From the IMG/VR virus record IMGVR_UViG_3300027782_000025, positions 124,001 to 188,000 of that record: a stretch of 64,000 nucleotides of DNA. One strand, given 5' to 3'. Both the position numbers and the translations under genes were made by a program. Positions 39,058-47,374 of this stretch are shown here, in pieces (the first letter of the stretch is position 1; every line of letters begins with the position of its first letter). Below the pieces are notes generated by a model. The model worked only from the letters and a program-made list of their open reading frames with translations. It was not told where the DNA came from and did not search any database.

Positions 39058-39585
39058 TTAATTTCCTAGAATCTTATAGGCTGTAATTTTCTTATCCGAT
39101 TTCGGACGCGTTACTTTAAAAATCAATCCAAATCGTTTTAAATCGCTATGATTATCGCCATCTGTCCATCTTTTGAAAAATTCTTTTTTCGGCAAATAAC
39201 CATTATTTTTTTTCTTTTTGAATGGGTCTTCAAAAAAGATATTATCTTCGTCGCACCCCATAGCCACTACAAAGTGACCATGATCATTTGATCTTATCAG
39301 GCAAAGTATCGGATTTCCGATTTTAATTTCCTTTTGAAGTCTAGAAAGAGACATGCCGTGGTATTCTTGAAAATTAAGACCTAGTAATTTACAAGCACTA
39401 ACTAATTCTTGTGTGCTTGTGCCTTTGCCTTTGGTACTACCCAATAACCTGGTGTATTTTGATAAGTCGTTTTTATCTTCGGGATGTTCGTATTCATAGA
39501 TCGACTTCAGAGCTGCCGCCCCGCAGTCATAGTCGTGCTTTTGAGCAACCCTTGGCAATGATATATTAACCTTCGTAGTCTTCAT
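39058..39585 (-). CDS. Peptidase C39-like cysteine protease
   Basis: Q..DYDCGAAAL (catalytic Cys), GHFVV (His) and FEDP (Asp); stand-alone, no ABC transporter domains. Confidence 0.85.
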   Translation of the reverse strand: MKTTKVNISLPRVAQKHDYDCGAAALKSIYEYEHPEDKNDLSKYTRLLGSTKGKGTSTQELVSACKLLGLNFQEYHGMSLSRLQKEIKIGNPILCLIRSNDHGHFVVAMGCDEDNIFFEDPFKKKKNNGYLPKKEFFKRWTDGDNHSDLKRFGLIFKVTRPKSDKKITAYKILGN

Positions 39586-39594
39586 ATAATATAT

Positions 39595-40038
39595 TTAATC
39601 GCCACGATTGTACGATGCCCAATCATCAACCAACGATAATATCCGTTTTTTCTCGTTGAGTGCTTTACGCTCTGTTGTGAATAGTATTGATTCTGGGTGC
39701 CAATCTCCGCTACCATCGAAATAATAGAATTCGCCGGTATTAGCGCAGCGTTTGATAGCCGACACTTCGAAACATATTATATTGAATTGGCCGACAAGAA
39801 GTGATGATAATATGCTGAAAACCGCGCTAGGTAGTCTAGGACATATATATTTTGATTTTGTATTGTATTTATATATCTTTTTAACGAAGAATATCTTTGG
39901 ATGGCAAGCTAACATCCAATTTAGTTCGCTTGGTACTAGATCCTTATCGGAATTAGTGTATAAATCTATAAAATATAATTTATTTCCTATTTTATATTTA
40001 GATAATTCGATTACAGATTTGATTTTTTTCTTGATCAT
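39595..40038 (-). CDS. Hypothetical protein
   Basis: Start refined to 40038 (TAATG overlap with the upstream stop). Confidence 0.6.
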   Translation of the reverse strand: MIKKKIKSVIELSKYKIGNKLYFIDLYTNSDKDLVPSELNWMLACHPKIFFVKKIYKYNTKSKYICPRLPSAVFSILSSLLVGQFNIICFEVSAIKRCANTGEFYYFDGSGDWHPESILFTTERKALNEKKRILSLVDDWASYNRGD

Positions 40039-40250
40039 TAACCAAGGATAACCTTGTTTATAGCTTGATTTACTATGTCTTCCGCCATTTTCTTTTTTAC
40101 GCCAGAAACGATAGATTCCCAACTGGCTCCGGTTTTGATCTCGATCTGGTGGTCACCATTATTAATCGGTTGTCCAGCCATAGGCACTATTCTAACGTTG
40201 CTTGCGCCGATAGACTTTATTTTCTGGATTGCTTCATTGACATTGAGCAT
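40038..40250 (-). CDS. Hypothetical protein (70 aa)
   Basis: AGGAG Shine-Dalgarno; abuts both neighbours. Confidence 0.7.
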   Translation of the reverse strand: MLNVNEAIQKIKSIGASNVRIVPMAGQPINNGDHQIEIKTGASWESIVSGVKKKMAEDIVNQAINKVILG

Positions 40251-41063
40251 CTAAATACTCCTAAATAAATTATTAAACACTTCTAAAGCCAATTTAAACG
40301 TTTCTTTCTTTCCAATCGTACTGCCGAAACGCCTTCCAAGCGACGGTCTAAATATAGCATATTTACCACCATTCAAAATATGTTCATCTATAGCCTTAAT
40401 AATATTTGTAGCGCCTTGACCGACAGGATAAAAACCGGAACCAGTTTTAAAATCCCTAGCAATTATGCTATAAACACAAGTTTTAAGAGGCTCAAACCAA
40501 CGATCGTGAGGATTCTTATTGCTTTTCTCCATAAAACGGCAAGGATCATATGATAATTTAAACCTTTTGTGTGACGATAAAAACTTCTGAAGACTTTCTG
40601 TGTTATCTAGTAACATCGTATCAGTCATTTCTAACACCGGTACAAGCGACATCGACACAGCAAATGACGATAGTTTACTAATGAAATCATTGAAACTTGT
40701 CATATCGATAAATGATGATTTTTCGATTCCGATCTGAATAGCTTTGGCTTTAAAATATGATGCGATCGAAAGTTCTCTATCTATATCCTTTTGTACTATT
40801 GTTTTTCCATGTCCCAATTCTATCCTTACGATATTGATAGGCATATCTGCCAATTTTTTCTTAATTCTTTCTATGGTAATGTCCGGCAAAGAAGTTAGTG
40901 ATAATCCATTTATATTAAGTATAGATGCTGATTTGAATCCGCTGTCTCTGATAAGATCTATAGATTCATCGATGTTATCATGATGTTCGTCGATGCAGGC
41001 CGAGACTTCTAAATTATTACGATAGGTCAATGACGTGGTCATATTGTGGGCCAGTTCCAACAA
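40251..41063 (-). CDS. Xylose-isomerase / AP-endonuclease-2-like TIM barrel with a degenerate metal site
   Basis: SACIDE, PVLE, SYDPCRF, IIARD and PVGQG follow the spacing of the sugar-phosphate isomerase/epimerase family. Likely start is 41042. Confidence 0.7.
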   Translation of the reverse strand: MLELAHNMTTSLTYRNNLEVSACIDEHHDNIDESIDLIRDSGFKSASILNINGLSLTSLPDITIERIKKKLADMPINIVRIELGHGKTIVQKDIDRELSIASYFKAKAIQIGIEKSSFIDMTSFNDFISKLSSFAVSMSLVPVLEMTDTMLLDNTESLQKFLSSHKRFKLSYDPCRFMEKSNKNPHDRWFEPLKTCVYSIIARDFKTGSGFYPVGQGATNIIKAIDEHILNGGKYAIFRPSLGRRFGSTIGKKETFKLALEVFNNLFRSI

Positions 41064-42216
41064 GCGTTACAGGTATTCCGGCAACATCCTCAAGCATCTT
41101 TATGAAATCAAGGATCTTCGGGGTAAGTTTGTCTCTTGATGATGAAGCAAAGCAAGTCCAGTCGATGTAATTAGCAAAATTAAGAGCTAATTTGGTAGCG
41201 CCATTAACCATCACAGCCTCACGCAGTTGTCTTTTAGAAAAAGAAAATACTCTTCTGACCCTCTTTGTAACTGTCGTTTTCTCTTTTTCTCTTAAGATAG
41301 TTGCATATTCTAATGGCATCTCTGATTTTCTAGCTATTTCTTCCCAATCAATTTCGACCTGATCGTCATACCCTCCGCCAGAATATCCCTTCTGAACGCC
41401 TTCTTCAATCACATTACCGACTCTGATTGGATAAGGCCGAAGTACAAGGTAAACATCACCAAGGTACTTTGGAGAAATCCCCATATCGGCTAAGTTTTGA
41501 ACTGCAGAAGTGCCACGGCTAGTGCAAGTGGGGTATGAATGACCGTGGTTGATGTCAAGTGAGAATCCTTGTGCGCCTTCATGTAAAAATGTGAACGTAG
41601 CTCTAAGCACACAGTCAATATATTCGTGAAGAGCTTCACAATGGTGTTTACACATTACATTAAATGGATCAAAAAGCGACATGTCCTCTAATATGGCAGA
41701 AGGTCGTGTCCACGTTTTGCAAAATACAAATCTGCTTAACTCTTCATAATCCACTGCTAGCTTCGTCCCCGGCAGCCTTTGTATCTTGTCTGCTATGGCA
41801 GCACCACAACCTTGCATTGTGCTCGCTAGATGCTTAGTGCTGTCTTTGCCTTCATTTTCCCTTGCTCTGTGCTCTTCCGTGATTACCATAGCTCTTTGGT
41901 GAATAATAAGCCTATCTATACTTCCTGTTAATTCTACTTCTTTCATCAGCTGTAGTAAAGTAAATGCAGAAGAAGAACCCATGATTATCCAAGGATTGTA
42001 ATTTGGTAGCCATTTCCTCAAGATCGCAGCCGATGGCATCGCTTTTGCAATATATGCAGTACCGTCTACGTTAACAGCTGTATGACCAGCATTAGCCATG
42101 TTTGTATTTGATAAAAATTCGGGTCTGTATTTTTGTGCGAGATAAGAAGTTATCAGACCTTTACCAGTGCTGCCGAACTGACCATCAGTAACCACATTGA
42201 ACTTACCGCGTTGCAT
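41017..42216 (-). CDS. purZ: PurZ-type N6-succino-2-amino-2'-deoxyadenylate synthase (adenylosuccinate synthase paralog)
   Basis: QFGSTGKG (Ser16 in place of the PurA catalytic Asp), NAGHT, STMQG, HEGAQGFSL, YPTCTSR, PIRVG, TTVTKRVRRVFSFS, LNFANY (not the PurA motif TKLD), GTGP. Confidence 0.85.
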   Translation of the reverse strand: MQRGKFNVVTDGQFGSTGKGLITSYLAQKYRPEFLSNTNMANAGHTAVNVDGTAYIAKAMPSAAILRKWLPNYNPWIIMGSSSAFTLLQLMKEVELTGSIDRLIIHQRAMVITEEHRARENEGKDSTKHLASTMQGCGAAIADKIQRLPGTKLAVDYEELSRFVFCKTWTRPSAILEDMSLFDPFNVMCKHHCEALHEYIDCVLRATFTFLHEGAQGFSLDINHGHSYPTCTSRGTSAVQNLADMGISPKYLGDVYLVLRPYPIRVGNVIEEGVQKGYSGGGYDDQVEIDWEEIARKSEMPLEYATILREKEKTTVTKRVRRVFSFSKRQLREAVMVNGATKLALNFANYIDWTCFASSSRDKLTPKILDFIKMLEDVAGIPVTLVGTGPQYDHVIDLS

Positions 42217-42499
42217 CTTGAGCCTCCGCCGAAGAATTATTCAGATAAGATTTTATCAGTTCAAGCATAAGATTCTCTTTACCATGAAAGCCTTCATCGT
42301 AAGCATGCCTTAAAGCCCCGATGTCTATATTATTTAATACCTTTTTTAAATTTATAGCATTGTCAATTGCTTTTAATCTGTTTAGTATATCAGAAGCTTC
42401 AGCTGACATACGCGATTTTTCAGAATGTAACCATTGTTCGGTCTTAAATAAAAGACCGATATCATCATCAAGCTGGTCTAATATTTCAATAATGTTCAT
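42203..42499 (-). CDS. Hypothetical helical protein
   Basis: 98 aa, overlapping purZ and the DeoC-like gene. Confidence 0.65.
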   Translation of the reverse strand: MNIIEILDQLDDDIGLLFKTEQWLHSEKSRMSAEASDILNRLKAIDNAINLKKVLNNIDIGALRHAYDEGFHGKENLMLELIKSYLNNSSAEAQDATR

Positions 42500-43197
42500 T
42501 TTTTCACCGTATTAATGCTTCTAATTATGCCCTTGGTCTGCTGAAGACTGGCACCGAACCTTTTTGCAGGTTCGCAAGCCAGTAAATCTTCAATACAGTC
42601 GAGATTACCACTCACTTTTATCGGGCACTTTAAGAATTGCGACATGTTGGTGATAAAAGCGCTGTGTATAGCTGGATTGGCTTTATAATTCTGAGTCTTT
42701 AAGGTGATATCATCTCGAATTAAAGTCGGCGTCTTTAGATCACGAAAGGCTTCATAGGCACTGGCTAGATCTGCTTCATCCTTAGTCCTCGTGCCTATAA
42801 CGAATCTTATCTCGCAAAGCTCACCGATAAACTTCTTTAAAAACTCAGTGCACGAAATAATTTCTTTTCTAATATCACCCTTTTGCTTTTTTGGCGATAT
42901 GTATATTTCAAAACCATCTGTTTCTAAAGAATCTAAGCTTAAGCCCTTGAACTTGTCTGTAGAAAAGACTTCACCCTTAGGCCAATCTACTGGCGTAATG
43001 ATCTTATACTTCCCTTTCGATCTGCCTCTGCAAACCAAAGCATCAGAGCTTAATGAAGGATGTACTATAATCGCAGGCAAACGATACTTGTGAGCTAATT
43101 CGAAAGATTCTAAGATCTCATTGCCTTGGAAAACATCTATTTCGATTCTCGTGAGCAGTTCGCCATTAGTCATTTTCTTGTTCCGTGATTTTATCAA
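42496..43197 (-). CDS. DeoC (deoxyribose-phosphate aldolase)-like TIM barrel lacking the canonical Schiff-base Lys motif
   Basis: AIIVHP, IITPVDWPKG, PIKVSG and KRFGAS align in order with DeoC AVCV.P, V.TV..FP.G, .IKASGG and .RIGTS. The FVKTSTG motif is replaced by LIRDDI. Confidence 0.65.
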   Translation of the reverse strand: MIKSRNKKMTNGELLTRIEIDVFQGNEILESFELAHKYRLPAIIVHPSLSSDALVCRGRSKGKYKIITPVDWPKGEVFSTDKFKGLSLDSLETDGFEIYISPKKQKGDIRKEIISCTEFLKKFIGELCEIRFVIGTRTKDEADLASAYEAFRDLKTPTLIRDDITLKTQNYKANPAIHSAFITNMSQFLKCPIKVSGNLDCIEDLLACEPAKRFGASLQQTKGIIRSINTVKK

Positions 43198-43555
43198 GTG
43201 CGCCTTTTAGAGCATCAATATCTCTGATAATATTTACATGGTCTAAGAAATAAAATGATTTCTTCTCGAAATCTTCACCGTTAGTAATAATCACGACCGG
43301 TTTACAAAGCGCTAAAGCTATACCAAGCTCGACATGCGAACCAAGCCTCGCTGGCATTAACATAACCAAAACATCGCAATCGACGACACCTTGATATTCT
43401 TTAAGTCCGATCTCCTTAAGCGAAACCTCATCGTTTACACCACCATGGGTGGTCCAATCATAAGTAATAGTGCATTGCAAATATGCAAGATACTTAAATA
43501 AAGCTTTAACATTGGTTTTATTATATAAACTAGAAGCAACGTAAATCTTAGTCAT
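43166..43555 (-). CDS. Nucleoside 2-deoxyribosyltransferase / Rcl-like (d)NMP N-glycosidase
   Basis: KIYVASS, ITYDWT, EYQGVVDCDVLV and GSHVELGIALALCKPV, with the catalytic Glu retained. Confidence 0.82.
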   Translation of the reverse strand: MTKIYVASSLYNKTNVKALFKYLAYLQCTITYDWTTHGGVNDEVSLKEIGLKEYQGVVDCDVLVMLMPARLGSHVELGIALALCKPVVIITNGEDFEKKSFYFLDHVNIIRDIDALKGALDKITEQEND

Positions 43556-43562
43556 TAACCTT

Positions 43563-44552
43563 CTACTCCTTGGGTTTTAAATAATCACGCAAAATTTCAG
43601 ACGCAGCCATCTTATGATCAAGTTTGTTGAACATAGACATAAAAGGCCATGGGTTGACAGAGCTACAGAAGGTGAATTTATCTCTTTCCTTCTCAGACAT
43701 CGATTCAAAAGCCGTAACATAATATTCTGCTTCCTTCTCGAATCTTTTCGCCCTGTTTTCTGGCAATACATCAGGATTTGTTCCATAAAAATGTAATTTC
43801 TTTAAATCCGTCGATGGATTCATATCAACGCCAAAGATGTAAATCTTATCGAAATTCATCCAAAGCGCAATCTGCATGCTGGCGAATACGCTACTTCTGC
43901 CTATGCATAAACCATCAACTAAATCCTTGCTAAAAGATTTAACGCCAATGTTTCTAAACTGAATAGTGCCCGTCTTTCGTCTTTGTATGGACGATGAATT
44001 AAAAATTGTCCCATTAAATTCATCCCAAAGAGCAGCGTGCCTTTGTATCTGGGAAGAATCAAAAAAAGCCCAGTAATCAGTAGGCCATAGCCTAGGGTCA
44101 GGATAGTTTACAGATAAAAATTCTATTCCTGGCCTGTGCTTGAGGCTTCTCAAATCGACTTCATTCAGCGTTGGGCCATTGCCTATGATGATAAGCGTTT
44201 TCCCTCGGCCGGTGTCTTTCAAAGATCTAGTCTTTTCTAAATAAATCGGGTCTACAGTACGTGAAATATAAGTAACACGTGGTTCCCGCTTTTTCTTTAT
44301 ATCCTGTCTTTGCATCGCCTGCTGCTGGCGAACTTCAACCGCCCCTGCCTTCTTGGGCGCAACTCTGGCACTATCTTGAATTTTCGTCGGTGGTTTTTCG
44401 GGCTTAGGTGGTAGAGGCGCAGAACGCTGCTGGTGACGCACGCCTGGTTGAGGACCATTTACTATCGATACTTTAACTGCCTGAGCTTTTAGTCTAGTCA
44501 GTAGATGGGAACTGTGTACAGCATTAGGCGAAATAGCCCTATTGTATCTCAT
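43563..44552 (-). CDS. DUF115 / MAF-like, GT42 (sialyltransferase)-like transferase with a low-complexity N-terminus
   Basis: LIIIGNGPTLNEVDL, GRSSVFASMQIALWMNFDKIYIFGVDM and HFYG; the first ~100 aa are rich in P, K, Q and R. Confidence 0.7.
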   Translation of the reverse strand: MRYNRAISPNAVHSSHLLTRLKAQAVKVSIVNGPQPGVRHQQRSAPLPPKPEKPPTKIQDSARVAPKKAGAVEVRQQQAMQRQDIKKKREPRVTYISRTVDPIYLEKTRSLKDTGRGKTLIIIGNGPTLNEVDLRSLKHRPGIEFLSVNYPDPRLWPTDYWAFFDSSQIQRHAALWDEFNGTIFNSSSIQRRKTGTIQFRNIGVKSFSKDLVDGLCIGRSSVFASMQIALWMNFDKIYIFGVDMNPSTDLKKLHFYGTNPDVLPENRAKRFEKEAEYYVTAFESMSEKERDKFTFCSSVNPWPFMSMFNKLDHKMAASEILRDYLKPKE

Positions 44553-44553
44553 G

Positions 44554-45324
44554 TCATTTTCTCGGGTTATGTGTCAGGGTCTTAAGACTCCTATTAATTT
44601 TTGGTATGAGATTGTATTGGGAATCTGACAATAATTTGTTTAAACCAGCTTTCTGACTATTTTTCTTATTAAGTAAACTAAACATGCAACGATGTATGGT
44701 AGTGGTAAGCAAATTAAATACCGGTGCTCTTCCGGGAGTATATACCAACCTATTATTAACCAATTTATTTATTACTTGCAATAGTGCATCATTAGAAAGA
44801 TCACTATATTCGTCATCATTCAAGAGATTAAAACGCATACTAATCCCTGTGCACATCTTACCAATATCAGCAAGAAGGTCATGCCATGATGCCGAAGTAG
44901 GTTGTTCTTTGATATACCCTTCTTCTAAAAGCTTAGGGATCACTTCTAACCTCTGCTTAAACATGTTGTTTTTGAGCGCATTTCCCATAAACATATTATC
45001 CATAGTGAACAAACGTCTATCTAGTGTGAAAGGAGTTTTAGAAGAGATATTGCAAAGACGATATCGACCTGTTACAATGTTATTACGGGATTTGAAAAAA
45101 ACGGGGATAGGAAGGGCTAAACAATGTATTTTATACTCAGATCTAGGATCAAGCAATTCCTTCCCATGTTTTTTAAGAATTCTCCCGTCAACCATTGCCG
45201 GCGAGCAGGGTTTTGTATACAATAAATTGTAGGCCCTGTATTGTTCAAGATCTGGGTGTGACGAACCCAGTATCCAAAGGTACCAGGTTTTCTCCAAAAC
45301 GGCGCTATCACAATAGTTTGCCAT
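44554..45324 (-). CDS. Late-transcription sigma-like factor (T4 gp55-like)
   Basis: N-terminal NY, then IGKMCTGIS...DLSNDALLQVINK...YTPGRAPVFNLLTTTIHRC, which parallels the gp55 pattern DMISD.IE..L....FDP....PF.YFTQI. Confidence 0.55.
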   Translation of the reverse strand: MANYCDSAVLEKTWYLWILGSSHPDLEQYRAYNLLYTKPCSPAMVDGRILKKHGKELLDPRSEYKIHCLALPIPVFFKSRNNIVTGRYRLCNISSKTPFTLDRRLFTMDNMFMGNALKNNMFKQRLEVIPKLLEEGYIKEQPTSASWHDLLADIGKMCTGISMRFNLLNDDEYSDLSNDALLQVINKLVNNRLVYTPGRAPVFNLLTTTIHRCMFSLLNKKNSQKAGLNKLLSDSQYNLIPKINRSLKTLTHNPRK

Positions 45325-45370
45325 AGAGAGGACTCCTAAAAAAGTTTGTCAAAATGAAAGGAATTTACAA

Positions 45371-46717
45371 ATGAGTTATGAACGCCAACTGTCAAAGCTT
45401 TACCTACGAGGTTCTTTAGTGAACGTATCGATGAAAGAAATCGACCCACAGGAAAAGCAATTAGTCGAATTAACATTTTCTAATCTCATCAACGAACCAG
45501 AATTAGAACGCTCAAAAACCAAATTTATAAAAAGGTTTAATAGAACAATACGTGCTGACTATAAAGACGATGTCACTACATCAGAGCAAGATTACTTAGT
45601 GGCATTATGGAGAGCATTAGTAGATCTACTGGTAAGTCGCAAAATCAATGGCTTCACATGCCAGAACTGTAAAGCAACCAGCTACCAAAATAAAATAGGT
45701 CTGACTATACAATTTAATCAATGCTACCACATTTCGCCATGCTGCAATAGAATCTTGGTAGGCCAAGAATTTAAAAATCCTGACGACTGCGAATTGAAGA
45801 CTATAGAATCATCTAGGTCTCCAATATTCGCTAACAAGGGCGAAAGGAAGTATAGCGACGAGATACTAGCCGACCGCCAAAGCCTTATAAAGTTTGTCAG
45901 TAAGCACATATCGAACTATCAGCAGCAAGTAATCAAAGAGAATCAACAACAGAAGTATCTTACCGAAAAGACTGTACAAGTTCCAGCTACACTTAGTATA
46001 ATTAGCGCTTTCGCTGCGGTCTTGATGAAATCAGGCACTAATTTCGAAGTCAAGTATAAAGCACCAAACGGCCAGCTGATATCGACTAACCTATTCCATG
46101 ATGTTGATAATAAGGAAGATATCTTAAACAGGATAATGAGAGATATCAGCCAAGATTATAATGAATATCATATAGTGTTTGATACATTCTATTGTGGGAC
46201 TGACGATATTATCTCTATCATGCTAATATTGCAAAACCACGCGGATTGTGGTATAATACACGAATTGCATGATGACAAGATAGTCATAATCAGTAGAGAA
46301 AACCAAAGTGTCAGTATGAAAAAGACATTTAAAGAGAAAATCAAATTCACTACCGGTAGAACAGGTGTGAACTCAAACGGCGATGATTCTGAAGGATTGG
46401 ACAACTTAGTTCAGGGAGGATTGGCTATGCTTGGATTTGGTGATGATCACGAGACTCAAGTGGAAATAAAAGAGATAATCCACAAGGTCGCGGATAACTT
46501 AAATGATTTAAGTAGGATAGTATGGATTTTGCAGGTGCAGAGTTCAGGCTTTATGATCGACGGCGAAATCGACCGTTTTCACGAATATACTTCTAAATAT
46601 CCAGGCGCAAAGCTTAACAATACCGATCTTGCCGATTATCTTGGCGTAAGCACAAGAATAGTTAAGAGATGCAAAGAAGAAATCGAAACGCAATGTTTCT
46701 TCCATGGTTTAGGTTAG
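45371..46717 (+). CDS. Sigma-70-like DNA-binding protein with an inserted zinc ribbon and C-terminal HTH
   Basis: EQDYLVALWRA (region-2-like), CQNC...PCC, and C-terminal NTDLADYLGVSTRIVKR (HTH); AAAGGA Shine-Dalgarno. Confidence 0.55.
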   Translation: MSYERQLSKLYLRGSLVNVSMKEIDPQEKQLVELTFSNLINEPELERSKTKFIKRFNRTIRADYKDDVTTSEQDYLVALWRALVDLLVSRKINGFTCQNCKATSYQNKIGLTIQFNQCYHISPCCNRILVGQEFKNPDDCELKTIESSRSPIFANKGERKYSDEILADRQSLIKFVSKHISNYQQQVIKENQQQKYLTEKTVQVPATLSIISAFAAVLMKSGTNFEVKYKAPNGQLISTNLFHDVDNKEDILNRIMRDISQDYNEYHIVFDTFYCGTDDIISIMLILQNHADCGIIHELHDDKIVIISRENQSVSMKKTFKEKIKFTTGRTGVNSNGDDSEGLDNLVQGGLAMLGFGDDHETQVEIKEIIHKVADNLNDLSRIVWILQVQSSGFMIDGEIDRFHEYTSKYPGAKLNNTDLADYLGVSTRIVKRCKEEIETQCFFHGLG

Positions 46718-47098
46718 GATCTTTGGGCGGTTTAAGACTTTATCAAAAAACGCAATTGCGTCTGCTTTTGCGTTAGGATTATAACTACGCCAATTAAGCA
46801 AATGGCCGAAAGTCCAATGGCAATGACTAGCAGATTCGCATAGTGTAATAAGATTATTCGGATCTAATTCTAGCTCAGGGGCTAGATGGTAAGGCATGAG
46901 GTGGTGAACTTCAAGCGAAACTCTACCACCACACGCCAAACACATTCCATTTAATTCAAGATGAACCGCTCTAGCTTTTTTCCACTTAGAAGATCTAGGC
47001 TTAGAGGCAAAATCTGGTTTCGCAAATAAAAGCCTTGGTTTATTTAAATAATTAAACCTAAAATTACCTTTATCGCTACTCTTAAGATTTTTCCCCAT
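46709..47098 (-). CDS. HNH endonuclease
   Basis: CLACG...LEVHH..PYH..PELELDPNNLITLC....CHWTFGH. Confidence 0.88.
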   Translation of the reverse strand: MGKNLKSSDKGNFRFNYLNKPRLLFAKPDFASKPRSSKWKKARAVHLELNGMCLACGGRVSLEVHHLMPYHLAPELELDPNNLITLCESASHCHWTFGHLLNWRSYNPNAKADAIAFFDKVLNRPKILT

Positions 47099-47373
47099 GG
47101 TAATTTACCAACTTCCTCTCCATCGCCTTTAGGTAAAAGCGATTCTAAACTAGCAATTGCTTCTTCATTAGAAAAAGCCAGTTCTTCTAATTTTACGTCA
47201 GACAAAGCCATCGCTTTAGGTGTAATTGGAACTACCTGCTGGAGTGAATATCCAGCTAAATTCCAAGCAGCTAAAATAAGATCATTGTTCTGCACTTCGC
47301 TACCACGCAATTTATCGATGATAATCATAATTGCTTCAGTTGGTAAACCTACAGGGAACGGGGTCATTGCCAT
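47044..47373 (-). CDS. Hypothetical protein
   Basis: AGGAG-N7-ATG at 47373 (MAMTPFPVGLP...). Confidence 0.7.
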   Translation of the reverse strand: MAMTPFPVGLPTEAIMIIIDKLRGSEVQNNDLILAAWNLAGYSLQQVVPITPKAMALSDVKLEELAFSNEEAIASLESLLPKGDGEEVGKLPWGKILRVAIKVILGLII

Positions 47374-47374
47374 T

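Noticed and set aside
41017-42216. Ordinary adenylosuccinate synthase (purA) annotation
   Set aside because: The catalytic Asp of GDEGKG is Ser and TKLD is NFAN; both match PurZ, not PurA.
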